Assembly: GCA_963710985.1 (NCBI GenBank)
Contig: CAVQCI010000003.1
Coordinates: 682,959 to 746,958, forward strand
DNA: 64,000 bases
Direction: 5' to 3'
Origin: an uncultured Actinomycetes bacterium
Lineage (GTDB): Bacteria; Actinomycetota; UBA4738; HRBIN12
Shown in pieces: positions 50,590-62,965 of the stretch (positions within the stretch are counted from its first letter, which is position 1; each line of letters starts with the position of its first letter). The translations under genes and the position numbers were made by a program. A model generated the notes under the pieces. That model worked only from the letters and a program-made list of their open reading frames with translations. It had not been told where the DNA came from and did no database searches.

Positions 50590-51379
50590 GCGCGACCGTG
50601 GCGCTGCACCACCGCCTCGACGGCCCCGAGGACGGCGAGGTCCTCGTCCTGTCGAACTCCCTCGGCACCGACCTGCGGATGTGGGACCCGCAGATCCCGG
50701 CGCTGGCGGAGCGGTATCGGGTCCTGCGCTACGACCATCGCGGCCACGGCCGCTCGCCGGTGCCCGCCGGCCCCTACGCGATCGAGGACCTCGGCTCCGA
50801 CGTGCTCGCGCTGCTCGACGCGCTCGGCGTCTCGGTCGCGCACGTCTGCGGCCTGTCGATCGGCGGGCTGGTCGGGATGTGGCTCGCCGCCCACGCGCCC
50901 GAGCGGTCGAGCGGCTGGTGCTGTGTTGCACGCAGCCCGTGGTTCGGTCCGCCCGACCCGTGGTTCGAGCGAGCCGCGGCGGTCCGGGCGGGCGGCACGG
51001 GCTCGGTCGCCGACCGCGTCGTCGAGCGCTGGTTCACGCCCGCGTTCGCCGCCCGCGAGCCCGAGCGTGGTCGCGGGGATGCGCGACATGCTCGCCGCCA
51101 CGCCTGCCGAGGGCTACGCGGCCTGCTGCGAGGCCGTCGGCACGACCGACCTCCGCCCGGAGCTGCGCGCGATCCGCGCGCCGACGCTCGTGGTGGCGGG
51201 CGCCGACGACGCCGCCGTGCCGCCCGAGCGCGTCGCGATGCTGGCGGAAGGGATCGACCGGAGCGCGCGTCGCCTGGATCCCCGACGCGGCGCACCTGGC
51301 GAACATCGAGCAGCCCGCCGAGGTGACGCGGCTGATCCTCGACCATCTCCGTGAGCACCTGCCCGAGGAGGCGAAGTGA
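50586..51379 (+). pseudogene. pcaD: 3-oxoadipate enol-lactonase, at least 4 frame breaks
   Basis: The alpha/beta-hydrolase sequence (SNSLGTDLRMWDPQ, YDHRGHGRS, GLSIGG, RWFTPAF, VVAGADD, HLANIEQP) must be chained across ORFs 50034..51326, 50567..51379 and 50923..51354. The ATGA overlap with pcaB is retained. Confidence 0.75.
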
Positions 51380-51764
51380 CCGACGAGCGGTTCGACGAAG
51401 GCATGGCGGTGCGGCGGGAGGTCCTCGGCGACGACCACGTCGACCGCGCCATGGCCGAGACCACGCCGTTCACCGAGCCGTTCCAGGAGTTCATCACGCG
51501 CACCGCGTGGGGCGACGTCTGGGCGCGGCCCGGGCTCGACCGGCGGACCCGGTCCTGCATCACGCTCGCGGTGCTGACCGCGCTGCGGGTCGGAGGACGA
51601 GCTCGCGATGCACGTCCGCGCGGCGCTTCGGCACGGCGTGACGCGCGAGGAGATCGCAGGAGGTGCTCCTCCACACCGCCGTCTACGCGGGCATCCCGGC
51701 GGCGAACGTCGCGTTCGCGGTCGCGCAACAGGTCCTGGCCGAGGAGGGCGAGAGCGGGGCCTGA
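51376..51764 (+). pseudogene. pcaC: 4-carboxymuconolactone decarboxylase, 2 frame breaks
   Basis: MTDERFDEGMAVRREVLGDDHVDRA...RSCITLAVLTAL (ORF 51376..52293), then MHVRAALRHGVTREEIA (ORF 51608..51844), then EVLLHTAVYAGIPAANVAF...* (third frame, stop 51762-51764). GTGA overlap with pcaD. Confidence 0.75.
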
Positions 51765-51776
51765 GCGCCGGCCGGC

Positions 51777-52899
51777 TCAGCCCCACACGTCGCGCGCGAC
51801 CTGGCCAGCAGCCCGAGCTTCGCCGCGCTGGTCCTCGACCGTGACCAGGTTCCCCGGCAGCGTCGAGGCGAACCCGCACTGCGGGCTGAGCGCCAGGCGG
51901 TCGAGCGGGATGTGGGCGCGACGCCTCCTCGATCCGAGCCTTCAGCTGGTCCGCGTCCTCCAGCTCGGGCTCCTTCGTGGTGATCAGCCCGAGCACGACG
52001 GTCTTGTCCTCGGGCACGAAGCGCAGCGGCTCGAAGGTGCCGGCGCGCGGCGAGTCGTACTCGGCGAGGATCCGGTCGACCGCGAGGTCGTTGAACAGCT
52101 GCTCGGCGATCGCGTCGTAGCCGCCCTCGACCGACCACATGCTGCGGTGGTTCCCGCGGCACAGGTGCACCGCGAACGTGGTGTCCGGGAACGCCTGGAT
52201 CAGCGCGTTGTCGTACGGCGATCATCTCGCGCGAGCCACGTCTCGGTGTCGATGCCCGACCTTGCTGCAGGTTCGCGCGCCCCTCCTCGCTGACCATATG
52301 CGTGTAGCGCGGCGAGTCGAGCTGCACGTAGCGTCACGCCGGCCGTCCACCAGCTCGCCGACCACCGCGCTGCATCAGCCGCAGCGCGTCGTGCCATGTA
52401 CTCGTCGCGGTCGGGGTAGGCGGTGTCCGACAGCCCCGGCACCCACAGCACGCTCGCGTAGGTCATGCCCGGCGATGGTCGCCTTGGTCGGCGTGTGCGC
52501 GTGCTCGGAGACGAAGCGTGTACTCCTCCAGCGGCAGGTTGCGGCCGGTGCCGAGCGTGTCGGTGACGACCGGCAGCCTCGGCGGCGCCTCGGCCGGGCT
52601 TCTGCCCCGGCGCGTGAAGGGCACGGGCGCGGACTTCGTCCGGGTTGTAGCCGGAGAGGCTCTCGGTGAGCGGGTCGAACCAGAAGCGGCGGCGGACCTC
52701 GCCGTCGGTGAGCGACGTCGACGCCGCAGTCCTCCTGCAGCGCGATCGCCTCGAGCGCCGCGCCGGTCCTGCGACCTCGCGCAGCTCGCCGGCGTCGATC
52801 TCGCCGCGCTCGGCGCGGTCGCAGGCGTGCTTCAGGTAGTCGGGCCGGAGCAGGCTGCCCACGACCTCGGCGCGCTAGGCGGGAACGGTCTTCGGTCAT
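51777..52899 (-). pseudogene. Cobalamin-independent methionine synthase (MetE C-terminal-domain-like) family protein, heavily frameshifted
   Basis: ATG 52899 after GAGGAGGA. Fragments GSLLRPDYLK, ALEAIALQEDCGVDV, TDGEVRRRFWFDP, FVSEHAHTPTKATI, VQLDSPRYTHMV, HLCRGNHRSMW...ILAEYDSPRAGTFEPL and LSPQCGF are spread over ORFs 52375..53097, 52200..52862, 51683..52327 and 51034..52170. I traced at least 13 frame switches. Confidence 0.65.
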
Positions 52900-52916
52900 C
52901 GATCGATCCTCCTCTC

Positions 52917-54121
<1,205 letters not shown>

Positions 54122-54143
54122 CGCGTCGCGGCGACGTGCCGGC

Positions 54144-55626
54144 TCAGAACGGGTAGTCGGGCAGCTCGCCTCGCATCGTCACCCACTGCACCTGGGTGAA
54201 CGCCTCGATGTTCGGCCTGCGGCCCGCCGAGGCGCGGCTCCCGTCCCCGAGGACTTACGCCGCCGAACGGGTTCACGACCTCGTCGCCGATCGTCTGGTC
54301 GTTGATGTGGACGATCCCGGTCGGGATGCGGTCGGCGATGCTCGAGCCCGCGCATGCACGTCGCTGCGTGAGGATGCCCGAGCGACAGGCCGTACTCGTT
54401 GTCCGAGGCGAGCTTGACGGCGTCGTCGATCGAGTCGAACGCGACCACCGGCGCCACCGGGCCGAAGATCTCCTCCGTGTAGCGCCGGGGCGTCGGTCGG
54501 CACGTCGGCCAGCACGGTCGGCCGGTAGAAGAGGCCCTCGTACGTGCCGCCGGCCGCGAGGCGCGCGCCCGCGTCGACGCTGACTCGGTGACGAGCCGTG
54601 GACGTGGTCGCGCTGGCGTCTCGTCGATGATCGGTCCGAGCGCGACCTGCTCCGTCGCCGGGTTCCCGACCGGCAGGTGGTCGGCGTGCTCGGCGAGCTT
54701 CGCGATGTACTCGTCGGCGATCGCTGCGCTGGACCAGGTGGCGGCCCGTCGTCATGCAGATCTGGCCCTGGTGCAGAACGAGCCCCACGCGCCGACCGAG
54801 ACCGCCTTGTCGAGGTCGACGTCGTCGAGGACGATCATCGCCGAGTTGCCGCCGAGCTCGAGGTGGACCCTCTTCAGGTGCTGGCCGGCCGAGCGTCCGC
54901 GACCGCGCGGCCGCCGCGCGTCGACCCGGTGAACGAGATCATCGTGGACGTCCGGGGTCGGTGACGACGCGCCTCGCCGATGTCGGCGCCGCCGGGCAGC
55001 ACGCGAGAAAGCCCGTCGGGCAGCCCCGCCTCCTCGAAGATCCGCGCGAGCGTCGACGCCGCCGGAGACCGCCGTGCGCGGGTCGGGCTTGAGGATCACG
55101 GCGTTGCCGAGCGCGAGCGCCGGCGCGACCGCGCGGATCGACAGGATCAGCGGGAAGTTGAAGGGCGAGATCACCCCGACCACGCCGACCGGCAGCGCGC
55201 CGGGCCATCGAGAGCACCGGGTCGCGGGTCTGCAGCAGCTCGCCGTAGGGGAGCGAGGTCAGCGCCCGCCGCCTCGTAGCAGGTGCTGGCGGCGAACCAG
55301 GTCTCCAGCTGCGCCTTGGGCGGGATCGGCGCCGGTCTCGCGCATGATCCAGCCCTGGATCTCCTCGGCGTGCTCGTTCCACAGGTCGCCCGCCTTGCGC
55401 AGGATCGCCGCGCGCTCCTGGTACACGTGGCCGCCCATGCGCGCTGCGCCTCGGCGGCGCGCTACCGCCGTGCGCGCGACGTCCTCGCGGGCGTGGCCGA
55501 CGCCGATCCGGCCGAGCTCCTCGCCGGTCGCGGGCTCGATGACCGGCCGAGTCGCCGCCGCCGCCCGGGTCCCAGCCGTCCGAGTAGATGCTTGCCGTTC
55601 CACGTCGCCTGGTCGAGCAATGCCAC
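54144..55626 (-). pseudogene. NAD(P)-dependent (aromatic) aldehyde dehydrogenase, heavily frameshifted
   Basis: GTG 55626 after GGAAGGAGA. Fragments VGVISPFNFPL, LELGGNSAMIV, FLHQGQICMTTGR (catalytic Cys context), EEIFGPVAPVV and NEYGLSLG lie across ORFs 55462..56130, 55259..55696, 54939..55670, 54752..55183, 54273..54788, 54179..54457 and 53842..54276. Confidence 0.7.
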
Positions 55627-55720
55627 CGGGGTCTCCTTCCGTCCGTGCGTCTCGCGACTGGCGTTCGCATGGCAAACGGTCATGCGAGGGCCGCACCGAC
55701 TCTGCCGAGCGGACGCGTGG

Positions 55721-55744
55721 TTGTCAAGAGCCCGGCCGTTGACA
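55721..55744. promoter_or_regulatory. Inverted repeat TTGTCAA-N11-TTGACA in the divergent aldehyde-DH / IclR intergenic region (candidate operator; right arm doubles as a -35-like hexamer)
   Basis: ttgtcaa at 55721-55727 and ttgaca at 55739-55744, lying between starts 55626 (-) and ~55759 (+). Confidence 0.3.
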
Positions 55745-55758
55745 GGGTCCGCACGGGT

Positions 55759-56719
55759 GTGCACTCTGAGGACCGTTGTGCGAGAACGCCCGTCGGGGCG
55801 CCGACCACGGAGGAGGAGCCGCGACCGACCCGGAAGGCACCGAAGCGCACCGAGAGCGCCGCGCGCAAGAGCAGCGACTTCGTCCAGTCGCTCGAACGCG
55901 GCCTCGCCGTGATCCGCGCGTTCGGTCCCGAACGCCCGCGGCTCACCCTGAGCGAGGTGGCTCGCGAGGCCGGGCTCACCCGCGCCGCCGCGCGGCGGTT
56001 CCTGCTCACGCTCGTCGAGCTCGGGTACGTCGCGGTCGAACGGCCGCGAGTTCTCGCTCGCCCCCGTGTGCTGGAGCTCGGGTACGCCTACCTGTCGAGC
56101 ATGGGGCTGCCCGAGATCGCCTACCCCCACGTCGAGGAGCCTCGTCGATCAGGTCCGCGAGTCCTCGTCGATCGCCGTCCTGGACGGCGACGAGGTCGTC
56201 GACATCGTTCGCGTCCCGCGCGAAGCGGATCATGACGGTGGCCGTGCCGGTCGGGACGCGCTTCCCGGCGTACGCCAGCTCGAAGGGCCGGGTGCTGCTC
56301 GCCGAACCTGCCGGCCGACGGAGCTGACAGCTGGCTCGCCGACGTCGCACCTCGACCGGCTCACGAGCCAGACCGTCGACCGATCCCGATCGGCTCCGCG
56401 AGGTCTTGGCCGAGGTGCGCGCAGCGGGATACGCGATCGTCGACCAGGAGGTCGAGGACGGGCATCCGTTCGGTCGCGGTGCCGCTGCGCGACGCCGTCG
56501 GCGGCGCCATCGCCGCGATCGAACGTCTCCGCCTACGCCAGCCGCGCCTGGGGGTGGACGGCGTGGAGACGGAATTCCTGCCCCAGCCTGCTCGGGACGG
56601 CGAGCCGGATCGAGGCCGACCTGCGGCTCAAGGGCTCGCTGCCGCGTTACGCCGCCGCCGCCCGCCCTCGCGACCGGCAGACGTGCCGCCGGTCCGGCGC
56701 CGGGGTCTCCGACCGGTGA
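55759..56719 (+). pseudogene. IclR-family transcriptional regulator (PcaR/PobR-like), heavily frameshifted
   Basis: HTH FVQSLERGLAVIRAF...LTLSEVAREAGLTRAAARRFLLTLVELGYV (ORF 55588..56235). Effector-domain fragments LVDQVRESSSIAVLDGDEVV, IMTVAVPVGTRFPAYASSKGRVLLA and VAVPLRDAVGGAIAAI lie in other frames. Start and end are approximate. Confidence 0.65.
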
Positions 56720-56840
56720 TCTGACATCGCCCTCGGACGCGTGCAAGAGTTTGCGCGGTTCGCATAGGTCGTGCGTATACCGCACACTGGCACCAGTGGT
56801 GACCGATCCGCCGCTCGACGGCGGGAGAGGAGGGGGTCGG

Positions 56841-58225
56841 ATGAATGCGGCGAGGACGACCAGGTCACGTGCCCGCGTGGGACGGATCGCTCTCGCGTCG
56901 CTCGCTCCTGAAGGGCATGGGCGCGGGCGCGCTCGCGCTGGGCGCGGCGGACTCCTCGAGGCGTGTCAGCTCGGGGATCAAGGGGTCGGGCGGCGGCAGC
57001 GCCGGCACGATCACGATCGGCTTCGTCACCCGCAGACCGGCGCAGCTCGCCGGGTTCGCGTCGGGCGACAACTTCGTCGTCGACCAGATCCGCGCGACCG
57101 ACGTCTACAAGAACGGCTTCAAGGTCGGCGGCAAGACCTACACGGTCGAGATCGTGGTCAAGGACTAGCAGTCCGACCCGAACCGCGCCTCCCAGGTGGC
57201 CCGTGAGCTGATCACTGCAGGACCACGCCGACCTCGTCGTCACCAGCTCCACCCCGGAGACGACGAACCCGGTCGCGACGGTCTGCGAGACGCAGGGCGT
57301 CCCGTGCGTGTCGACGGTGGTCCCCTGGCAGGCCTGGTACTTCGCCGCGCCAGGCCGACCCCACGAACCCGAAGCCGTTCAAGTACACGACGATGTACTT
57401 CTTCGGCGCCGAGGCGTTCGGCGGCTGCTTCATCCCGATGTGGGACGCGGGTCCAGACGAACAAGACGTCGCCGGGATGTTCCCGAACGACCCCGACGGC
57501 AACGCGTTCCGCGCCGCCTGGCCGGGGATGGCGACAGTCGGCCGGCTACACGTTCGTCGACGGTGGCGCCTACCAGGACGGCACGACCGACTACACGTCG
57601 ATGATCTCGAAGTTCAAGGCGCAAGGACTGCGAGCTCTTCACGAACGCGCCGCTGCCGCCGGACTTCAACACCTTCTGGAAGCAGGCCGCGCAGCAGGGC
57701 TACAAGCCGAAGCTCGCGACGGTCGCCAAGGTGCTGCTGTTCCCGGCCGACACCGAGGCGCTCGGCGACCTCGTGAACAACATCGCGACCGACTCGTGGT
57801 GGGGGCCGTACATGCCGTACAAGTCCTCGCTCGACGGCGAAGACCGCGAAGGACCTCGCCGACGCGTTCCAGTCCTCGACCGGGAACGCAGTGGCTGCAG
57901 ACCCTCGGGTCGACGTACTCGCTGTTCGAGGTGGCGAAGGAGGCGCTCACGGCGGCGTCGGACCCCCACGACCACGAGGCCGTGGCCGCGCAGCTGTTCA
58001 AGGTCAAGTACGCGGGCATGTCGGGCCTGCTGGACTTCACGACCGGTCCCCACATCGACCCGGCCGATCAGTCGAGCCCCACGATCCCCGGCATCGGGAT
58101 CGTGAACCCGGTCGGCGTGCAGTGGCGCAAGGGCACGCAACTACCCTTGGGAGATGGTGGTCGTCGACAACAGCCTCAACCCCGACGTCCCGGTCGGGGG
58201 CGATCTGGTCCCGACCAACGCCTGA
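56841..58225 (+). pseudogene. ABC transporter periplasmic substrate-binding protein (LivJ/Leu-Ile-Val-binding family, Tat-like signal), heavily frameshifted plus one in-frame TAG
   Basis: ATG 56841 after GAGAGGAGGGGG. SRRSLLKGMGAGALALGAA. Fragments TITIGFVT, VVKD*QSDPNRASQVARELIT (TAG 57166-57168), MYFFGAEAFGGCFIPMWD, GYTFVDGGAYQDGTTDYTSMISKFKAQG and TQWLQTLGSTYSLFEVAKEAL. About 10 frame switches. Confidence 0.65.
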
Positions 58226-58232
58226 GCCCGTC

Positions 58233-59042
58233 GTGGCGCTGCTCGAGCTCGACCACGTCGCCAAGCGGTTCGGCCGGGTGGTGGTGGCGCGACGACCTCG
58301 TCGTTGTCGGTCGAGGCCGGCGATGCCGTCGGCATCGTCGGCCCGAACGGCGCCGGCAAGACCAGCCTGTTCGGCATGATCTCGGGGGACCTCGCGCCGG
58401 ATCAGGGCCGCGTGTTCCTGCACGGCCGGGACGTGACGCGGCTCGACCCGTCCGTGCGGTGCCGCCTCGGGATCGGCCGTACCTATCAGGTGCCCGCGCC
58501 CGTTCGAGGACATGACGGTGTTCGAGAACGTCCTCGTGGCGGCGCAGCAGGGCGCTGGCCAGCGGGGACAAGCGAGCTACGGACGGCGCCGCGGCCGTCC
58601 TGGAGCGAGGCCGGGCTCGCCGCCGAGGCCAACCGGCCGGCGGGCCAGCTCGGGCTGCTCCAGCGCAAGCGGCTCGAGCTGGCTCGGGCGCTCGCGACGG
58701 ACCCGCAGCTGCTGCTGCTGGACGAGGTCGCCGGCGGGCTGACCGACCCGGAGGTCGTGGAGCTCGTGGAGGTCGTCCGGGGCGCGCGGGCACGCGGAGT
58801 CGCGATCATGTGGATCGAGCACGTCGTCCGCGCGCTCGTCGCGACCGTGGACCGGCTCGTGTGCCTGGCCGGCGGCGACGTCATCGGCGACGGGGACGCC
58901 GGCGGAGGTCCTCGCGAGCCCCGCGGTCCGCGAGGTGTTCCTCGGGACGGAGGCGACCGCGGAGTCGCTGTCGGAGGCCGGCCTCGGCGCCCGCTCGCCC
59001 GGGTCGGAAGGCCCGCCCGATGCCCGGAAGGACGGCTCGTGA
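58233..59042 (+). pseudogene. ABC transporter ATP-binding protein (LivG-like), frameshifted
   Basis: VALLELDHVAKRFG, Walker A GPNGAGKTSLF, MTVFENV, signature region QRKRLELARAL, Walker B LLLLDEVAGGL. Pieces lie in ORFs 57891..58379, 58304..59116 and 58512..58742. Confidence 0.7.
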
Positions 59043-59054
59043 CGCGACGCTCCG

Positions 59055-59777
59055 GTGCTCGAGGTGCGCGGTCTCACCGTGTTCCACGGGCAGCTCAGGC
59101 GCTCGACGACCTCTAGCCTCGCGGTGCGCGCGGGGGAGGTGCTACGCGATCATCGGCGCGAACGGCGCCGGGCAAGTCCACGCTGCTGCGCACGCTCGCC
59201 GGGCTGCACCGGCCGGCCTCGGGCTCGATCTGGCTGGAGGGGGTCGACGTCACGACCGATCGCCCCGAGCGCCGGCTCGCGGCCGGGATCGCGCTGGTGC
59301 CGGAGGGCCGGCGGCTGTTCCCGTCGCTCACCTGGAGGAGAACCTCCTCGTCGGCTCGTACCACGCCGCGCGCCCGGGGCCGTGGACCGTCGAGCGGGTC
59401 TACGGGCTGTTCCGGCTGGATGCGCGAGCGCCGGCGCCAGCGCACCGACCAGCTCTCGGGCGGGGAGCAGCAGGCCGTCGCGATCGGCCGCGCGCTCGTG
59501 TCGAACCCGCGCGTCCTGCTGCTCGACGAGCTCTCCCTCGGGCTGGCGCCGGTGGTCGTGCGTCAGATCTACGCACGCTGCCCGAGCTGCTCGCCTCGGG
59601 GATGACGGTCCTGCTGGTCGAGCAGGACGTCAGCCAGGCCGTGCGCGTCGCGTCGCGGCATCCAGTGCCTGCTCGAGGGCAGGACGCACGCTGGAGGGGC
59701 GGCCCGACGGAGTTCACGCCCGGAGCAGATCGAACCGCATACTTCGGCCTGCGCGCGCACGGGGACGTCGGCGATGA
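59055..59777 (+). pseudogene. ABC transporter ATP-binding protein (LivF-like), frameshifted
   Basis: VLEVRGLTVFHGQL, GANGAGK-type Walker A readable only after a shift, LSGGEQQAVAIGRALVSNPRVLLLDELSLGLAP (ORF 59297..59605), GMTVLLVEQD. The stop overlaps the next ATG (ATGA at 59774). Confidence 0.7.
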
Positions 59778-60649
59778 CCTGGGTCAACGTCGATCGTGCA
59801 GGGGATCCTGCTCGGCGGGCTCTACGCGCTGTTCGCGTGCGGCCTGTCGCTGCTGTTCGGCACGATGAGGGTGATCAACCTCGCGCACGGCGACCTCGCG
59901 ATCGTCGCGGCGTTCCTCGCGGTCGAGATCGCGCCGGCGATCCACGTCCCGATGATCCTCTCGGTCCTGTTCGTGGTGCCGATCTTCCTCGTGATGGGCT
60001 ACGTCGGGCAGCGCACGCTGATCCAGCGCAGCCTCGACCGGGGGCCGTTCACCACGCTGCTGGTCACGTTCGGCATCTCGGTGATCCTGGAGAACCTGCT
60101 GCTGGAGGTCTTCTCCGCCGACAGCCATTCGCTCAACATCGGCTCGTGGTGTCAGCGCTCGATCCAGGTCACCGATCAGATCTCGGATCGCCTACGTGTC
60201 GCTCGCGATCTTCGTGCTCGCGGTCGTCGTGCTGCTCGGGCTGCAGCTAGTTCCTGTCTCGCGCGCAGACCGGGCGGATGATCCGCGCCGTCGCCGACGA
60301 CCAGGAGGCCGCGCAGCTCGTCCGGGGTCGACTACCGGCACGTGTTCGCGGTCGCGGCCGCCGTCGCGTTCGCGCACCGTGGCCCTCGCGGGTCTGGCGT
60401 TCGGGACGTATTCGTCGTTCGCGCCCAGCAGCGGGGCGAGCTGGCTCCTGTTCGCGTTCGAAGCCGTGGTGATCGGCGGGCTCGGATCGCTGTGGGGCAC
60501 GCTGATCGGCGGGATCATCCTGGGGTTGGCCCAGGCGATCGGCGCCCAGATCGACCCCAGCCTGCAGATCCTCGCCGGGCACCTGGTGTTCCTCGTGGTG
60601 CTCGCGGTCCGGCCCGAAGGGCATGACGCGTGGGCGGGTGACCGCGTGA
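59774..60649 (+). pseudogene. Branched-chain-type ABC permease (LivH-like), frameshifted
   Basis: MTWVNV, then IVQGILLGGLYALFACGLSLLFGTMRVINLAHGD (ORF 59796..60281), then AYVSLAIFVLAVVVLLGLQL / FEAVVIGGLGSLWGTLIGGIILG (ORF 60196..61749). The 3' end is approximate. Confidence 0.6.
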
Positions 60650-61749
60650 GCGAGCAGACGCTGTCGGCTCGCACGGCAGGTCCGCGTGACGCGGTCGCGC
60701 CGGCCGCTCGCCGCCACCGGCGTGGTCGCGGCGGCGGTGGTCGTCGCGCTCGCGGTGCTGCCCTACGTCGTGTACTCCGGGACGACCGACACGCTCGTCA
60801 ACCTGTTCATCCTGCTGACGATCGCGAGCATGTGGAACCTGCTCGCGGGCTACGCGGGGCTGGTGTCGGTCGGCCAGCAGGCGTTCATCGGGATCGGCGC
60901 GTACGCGGTGCTGTTCGGCGGCGCTGCACAGCGTCGACCCGTTCGCTCGCGATCCCGCTCGCCGCGGTGGTCGCCGCCGTGCTCGCGCTGCCGATCTCGC
61001 TGCTCGTGTTCCGGCTGCGCGGCGGGTACTTCGCGATCGCCACGTGGGTCGTCGCCGACGTCGGACAGCTGCTGGTCAGCCGTTCCCAGACCCTCGGCGG
61101 CGGGACGGGGGCCGGCGTGTCCGGCCTCGCGGGCATCGACCCGACGCTGCTGTCCGCGTACACGTACTGGGCCGCGCTGGCGGTGACGGTGGCCGCGGTC
61201 GCCGCGACCTACCTCCTGCTGCGCGGGCGGGTCGGGCTCGAGCTCACCGCGATCCGCGACAACGAGATCGGTGCCCGCAGCGCCGGCGTGCGGGTCTCGC
61301 GGGCGAAGCGGATCGTCTACCTCGTGTCGGGCGCCGGGTGCGGAGCGGCCGGCGCGCTGCTCGCCGTCAGCGAGCTGAACGTCCAGCCCCGGGCCGTGTT
61401 CGGCGTCCAGTGGGCGGCGCAGATGATCTTCATCACGGTGATCGGCGGCATCGGGTCGATCGAGGGCCCGATCATCGGCGCGGTCGTGTTCATCGTCCTG
61501 CAGCAGACGTTGGCCCAGTACGGGGCGTGGTACCTGATCGTGCTCGGCGGCGTCGCGATCGCGATCGCGATCTGGACGCCGCGCGGTCTGTGGGGGCTGG
61601 TATCGACCCGCGTGCACCTGCGGCTGTTCCCCGTGGGCTATTGGCTGTGGCAGGAGGGCGAGCGTCCGGCGCGCGGATGGCGCCGTCTCCGCCCCGACGT
61701 CGCCGAGCGGACATCCTTCGACGCCGACGCGACGCCGCCTGACGGGTAG
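60646..61749 (+). pseudogene. Branched-chain-type ABC permease (LivM-like), frame breaks only in the first ~300 nt
   Basis: LPYVVYSGTTDTLVNLFILLTIASMWNLLAGYAGLVSVGQQAFIGIGAY (ORF 60686..61186), then LAIPLAAVVAAVLALPISLLVFRLRGGYFAIATW...IRDNEIGARSAGV...* (ORF 60196..61749). Start is GTG 60646 (GTGA overlap) or GTG 60686. Last break ~60918-60950. Confidence 0.65.
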
Positions 61750-61754
61750 GCCCC

Positions 61755-62822
61755 TCACCACCGGGCGCGCCGGATCGGCAGCACGCCGAGATCCCTGCCG
61801 CCGACCGTCGCGACCGTGCGCGACCACGACGCGCGGAGCTCCGCGAGCTCCCAGGCGGGCAGGACGCCCGCGGCCAGGGCCGGCCCGACCGGGCGCACGA
61901 TCCACCGGTACGGCTCGACCCACGTGGGGGAGAACCGCACCTTCTCGACGTGCCAGCCGTGGGGTCCCCGCTCGAACACGACCACGAGCGCGATCCCGTC
62001 CTGGACGTCGGGCGTGAACATGCCGGCCGTCATCCCCGAGACCGAGTTGCCGAGGCCGTAGGCGACCCAGAGCCCGCCGACCCGGCGGACCGGCTGCACG
62101 ACGTGCGCATGGTGCCCCACGATGAGGTCGAGCGTCCCGGTCGCAGCGAGCTGCCGCGCGACCGTCTGCTGGAAGACGGTGGGGTCGTGGTGGTGCTCGT
62201 CGCCCCAGTGGAGGCTGAGCACGACGATGTCCGCCCCGTGCCGGCGCGCCCGGCGGGCGTCCGCGGCGATCCGGCGCACGTCGATCCGGTTCGCGCGCCA
62301 CGGCTGGTCGGGCACGAGCCCGTTGAACCCGTCCGCGAAGGAGAGGTGGGCGATCTTCGCGGTCCCCACGCGGTAGTAGGTCGTGCGCCAGCGCTCGCGC
62401 ACGGACCGCGCCGTGCCGGTGTGCCGGAGCCGGGCGCGGTCCAGCCACCCGAGCGTCGTACGGATGCCCGCTGCGCCCTGGTCGAGGGAGTGGTTGGACG
62501 CCGTCGAACATCCCCGGTAGCCGGCGCCGGCGATCGCGCGGACCAGCTGATGGGGTACCGCGTACCGGGGGAAGTCCGAGAGCGGCACGCCCTCGCCGGT
62601 GAGCGGCGTCTCGAGGTGACAGATCGCGACGTCGACCGACGTCATGAGCGGGCGGAGGCGGGCCAGCATCGGCCTGAAGTCGTAGCCGCGCCCCCCCGCG
62701 AACCGGCTGGCGGCCGCCCACGTGGCGCTGGTGGCCAGGACGTCGCCCGTGAACGCCATCGTGATGCGGCGCGGTTCGCGGGTGGCCGCGTCGGCGCGCC
62801 CGGGACCGGTCCAGACGAGCAC
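61755..62822 (-). CDS. CapA/PgsA-family metallophosphoesterase (poly-gamma-glutamate synthesis-like)
   Basis: Intact 355-aa ORF. Blocks: FTGDV, AICHLETPL, STASNHSLD, VLSLHWGDEH, GHHAHVVQP. The N-terminal signal appears truncated, so the start is uncertain. Confidence 0.7.
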   Translation of the reverse strand: MLVWTGPGRADAATREPRRITMAFTGDVLATSATWAAASRFAGGRGYDFRPMLARLRPLMTSVDVAICHLETPLTGEGVPLSDFPRYAVPHQLVRAIAGAGYRGCSTASNHSLDQGAAGIRTTLGWLDRARLRHTGTARSVRERWRTTYYRVGTAKIAHLSFADGFNGLVPDQPWRANRIDVRRIAADARRARRHGADIVVLSLHWGDEHHHDPTVFQQTVARQLAATGTLDLIVGHHAHVVQPVRRVGGLWVAYGLGNSVSGMTAGMFTPDVQDGIALVVVFERGPHGWHVEKVRFSPTWVEPYRWIVRPVGPALAAGVLPAWELAELRASWSRTVATVGGRDLGVLPIRRARW

Positions 62823-62965
62823 CCCCGCCAGGCAGATCGACCGCGACGGTCCCGCGCCAAGGCTTCACCGCGCTCCCCTTCCACCCCCAAGGATGCGCGG
62901 GGAGCCGGGGCCGGTCAGGGGTCGCGCGACCCGGGGTGCGCGGGACCGCAACCCGGGGCGGACCG

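Noticed and set aside
47878-50931. 1017-aa minus-strand ORF opposite pcaHGB
   Set aside because: Same reasoning: Arg/Ala/Pro/Ser-rich translation, antisense to recognisable pca genes, no start context.
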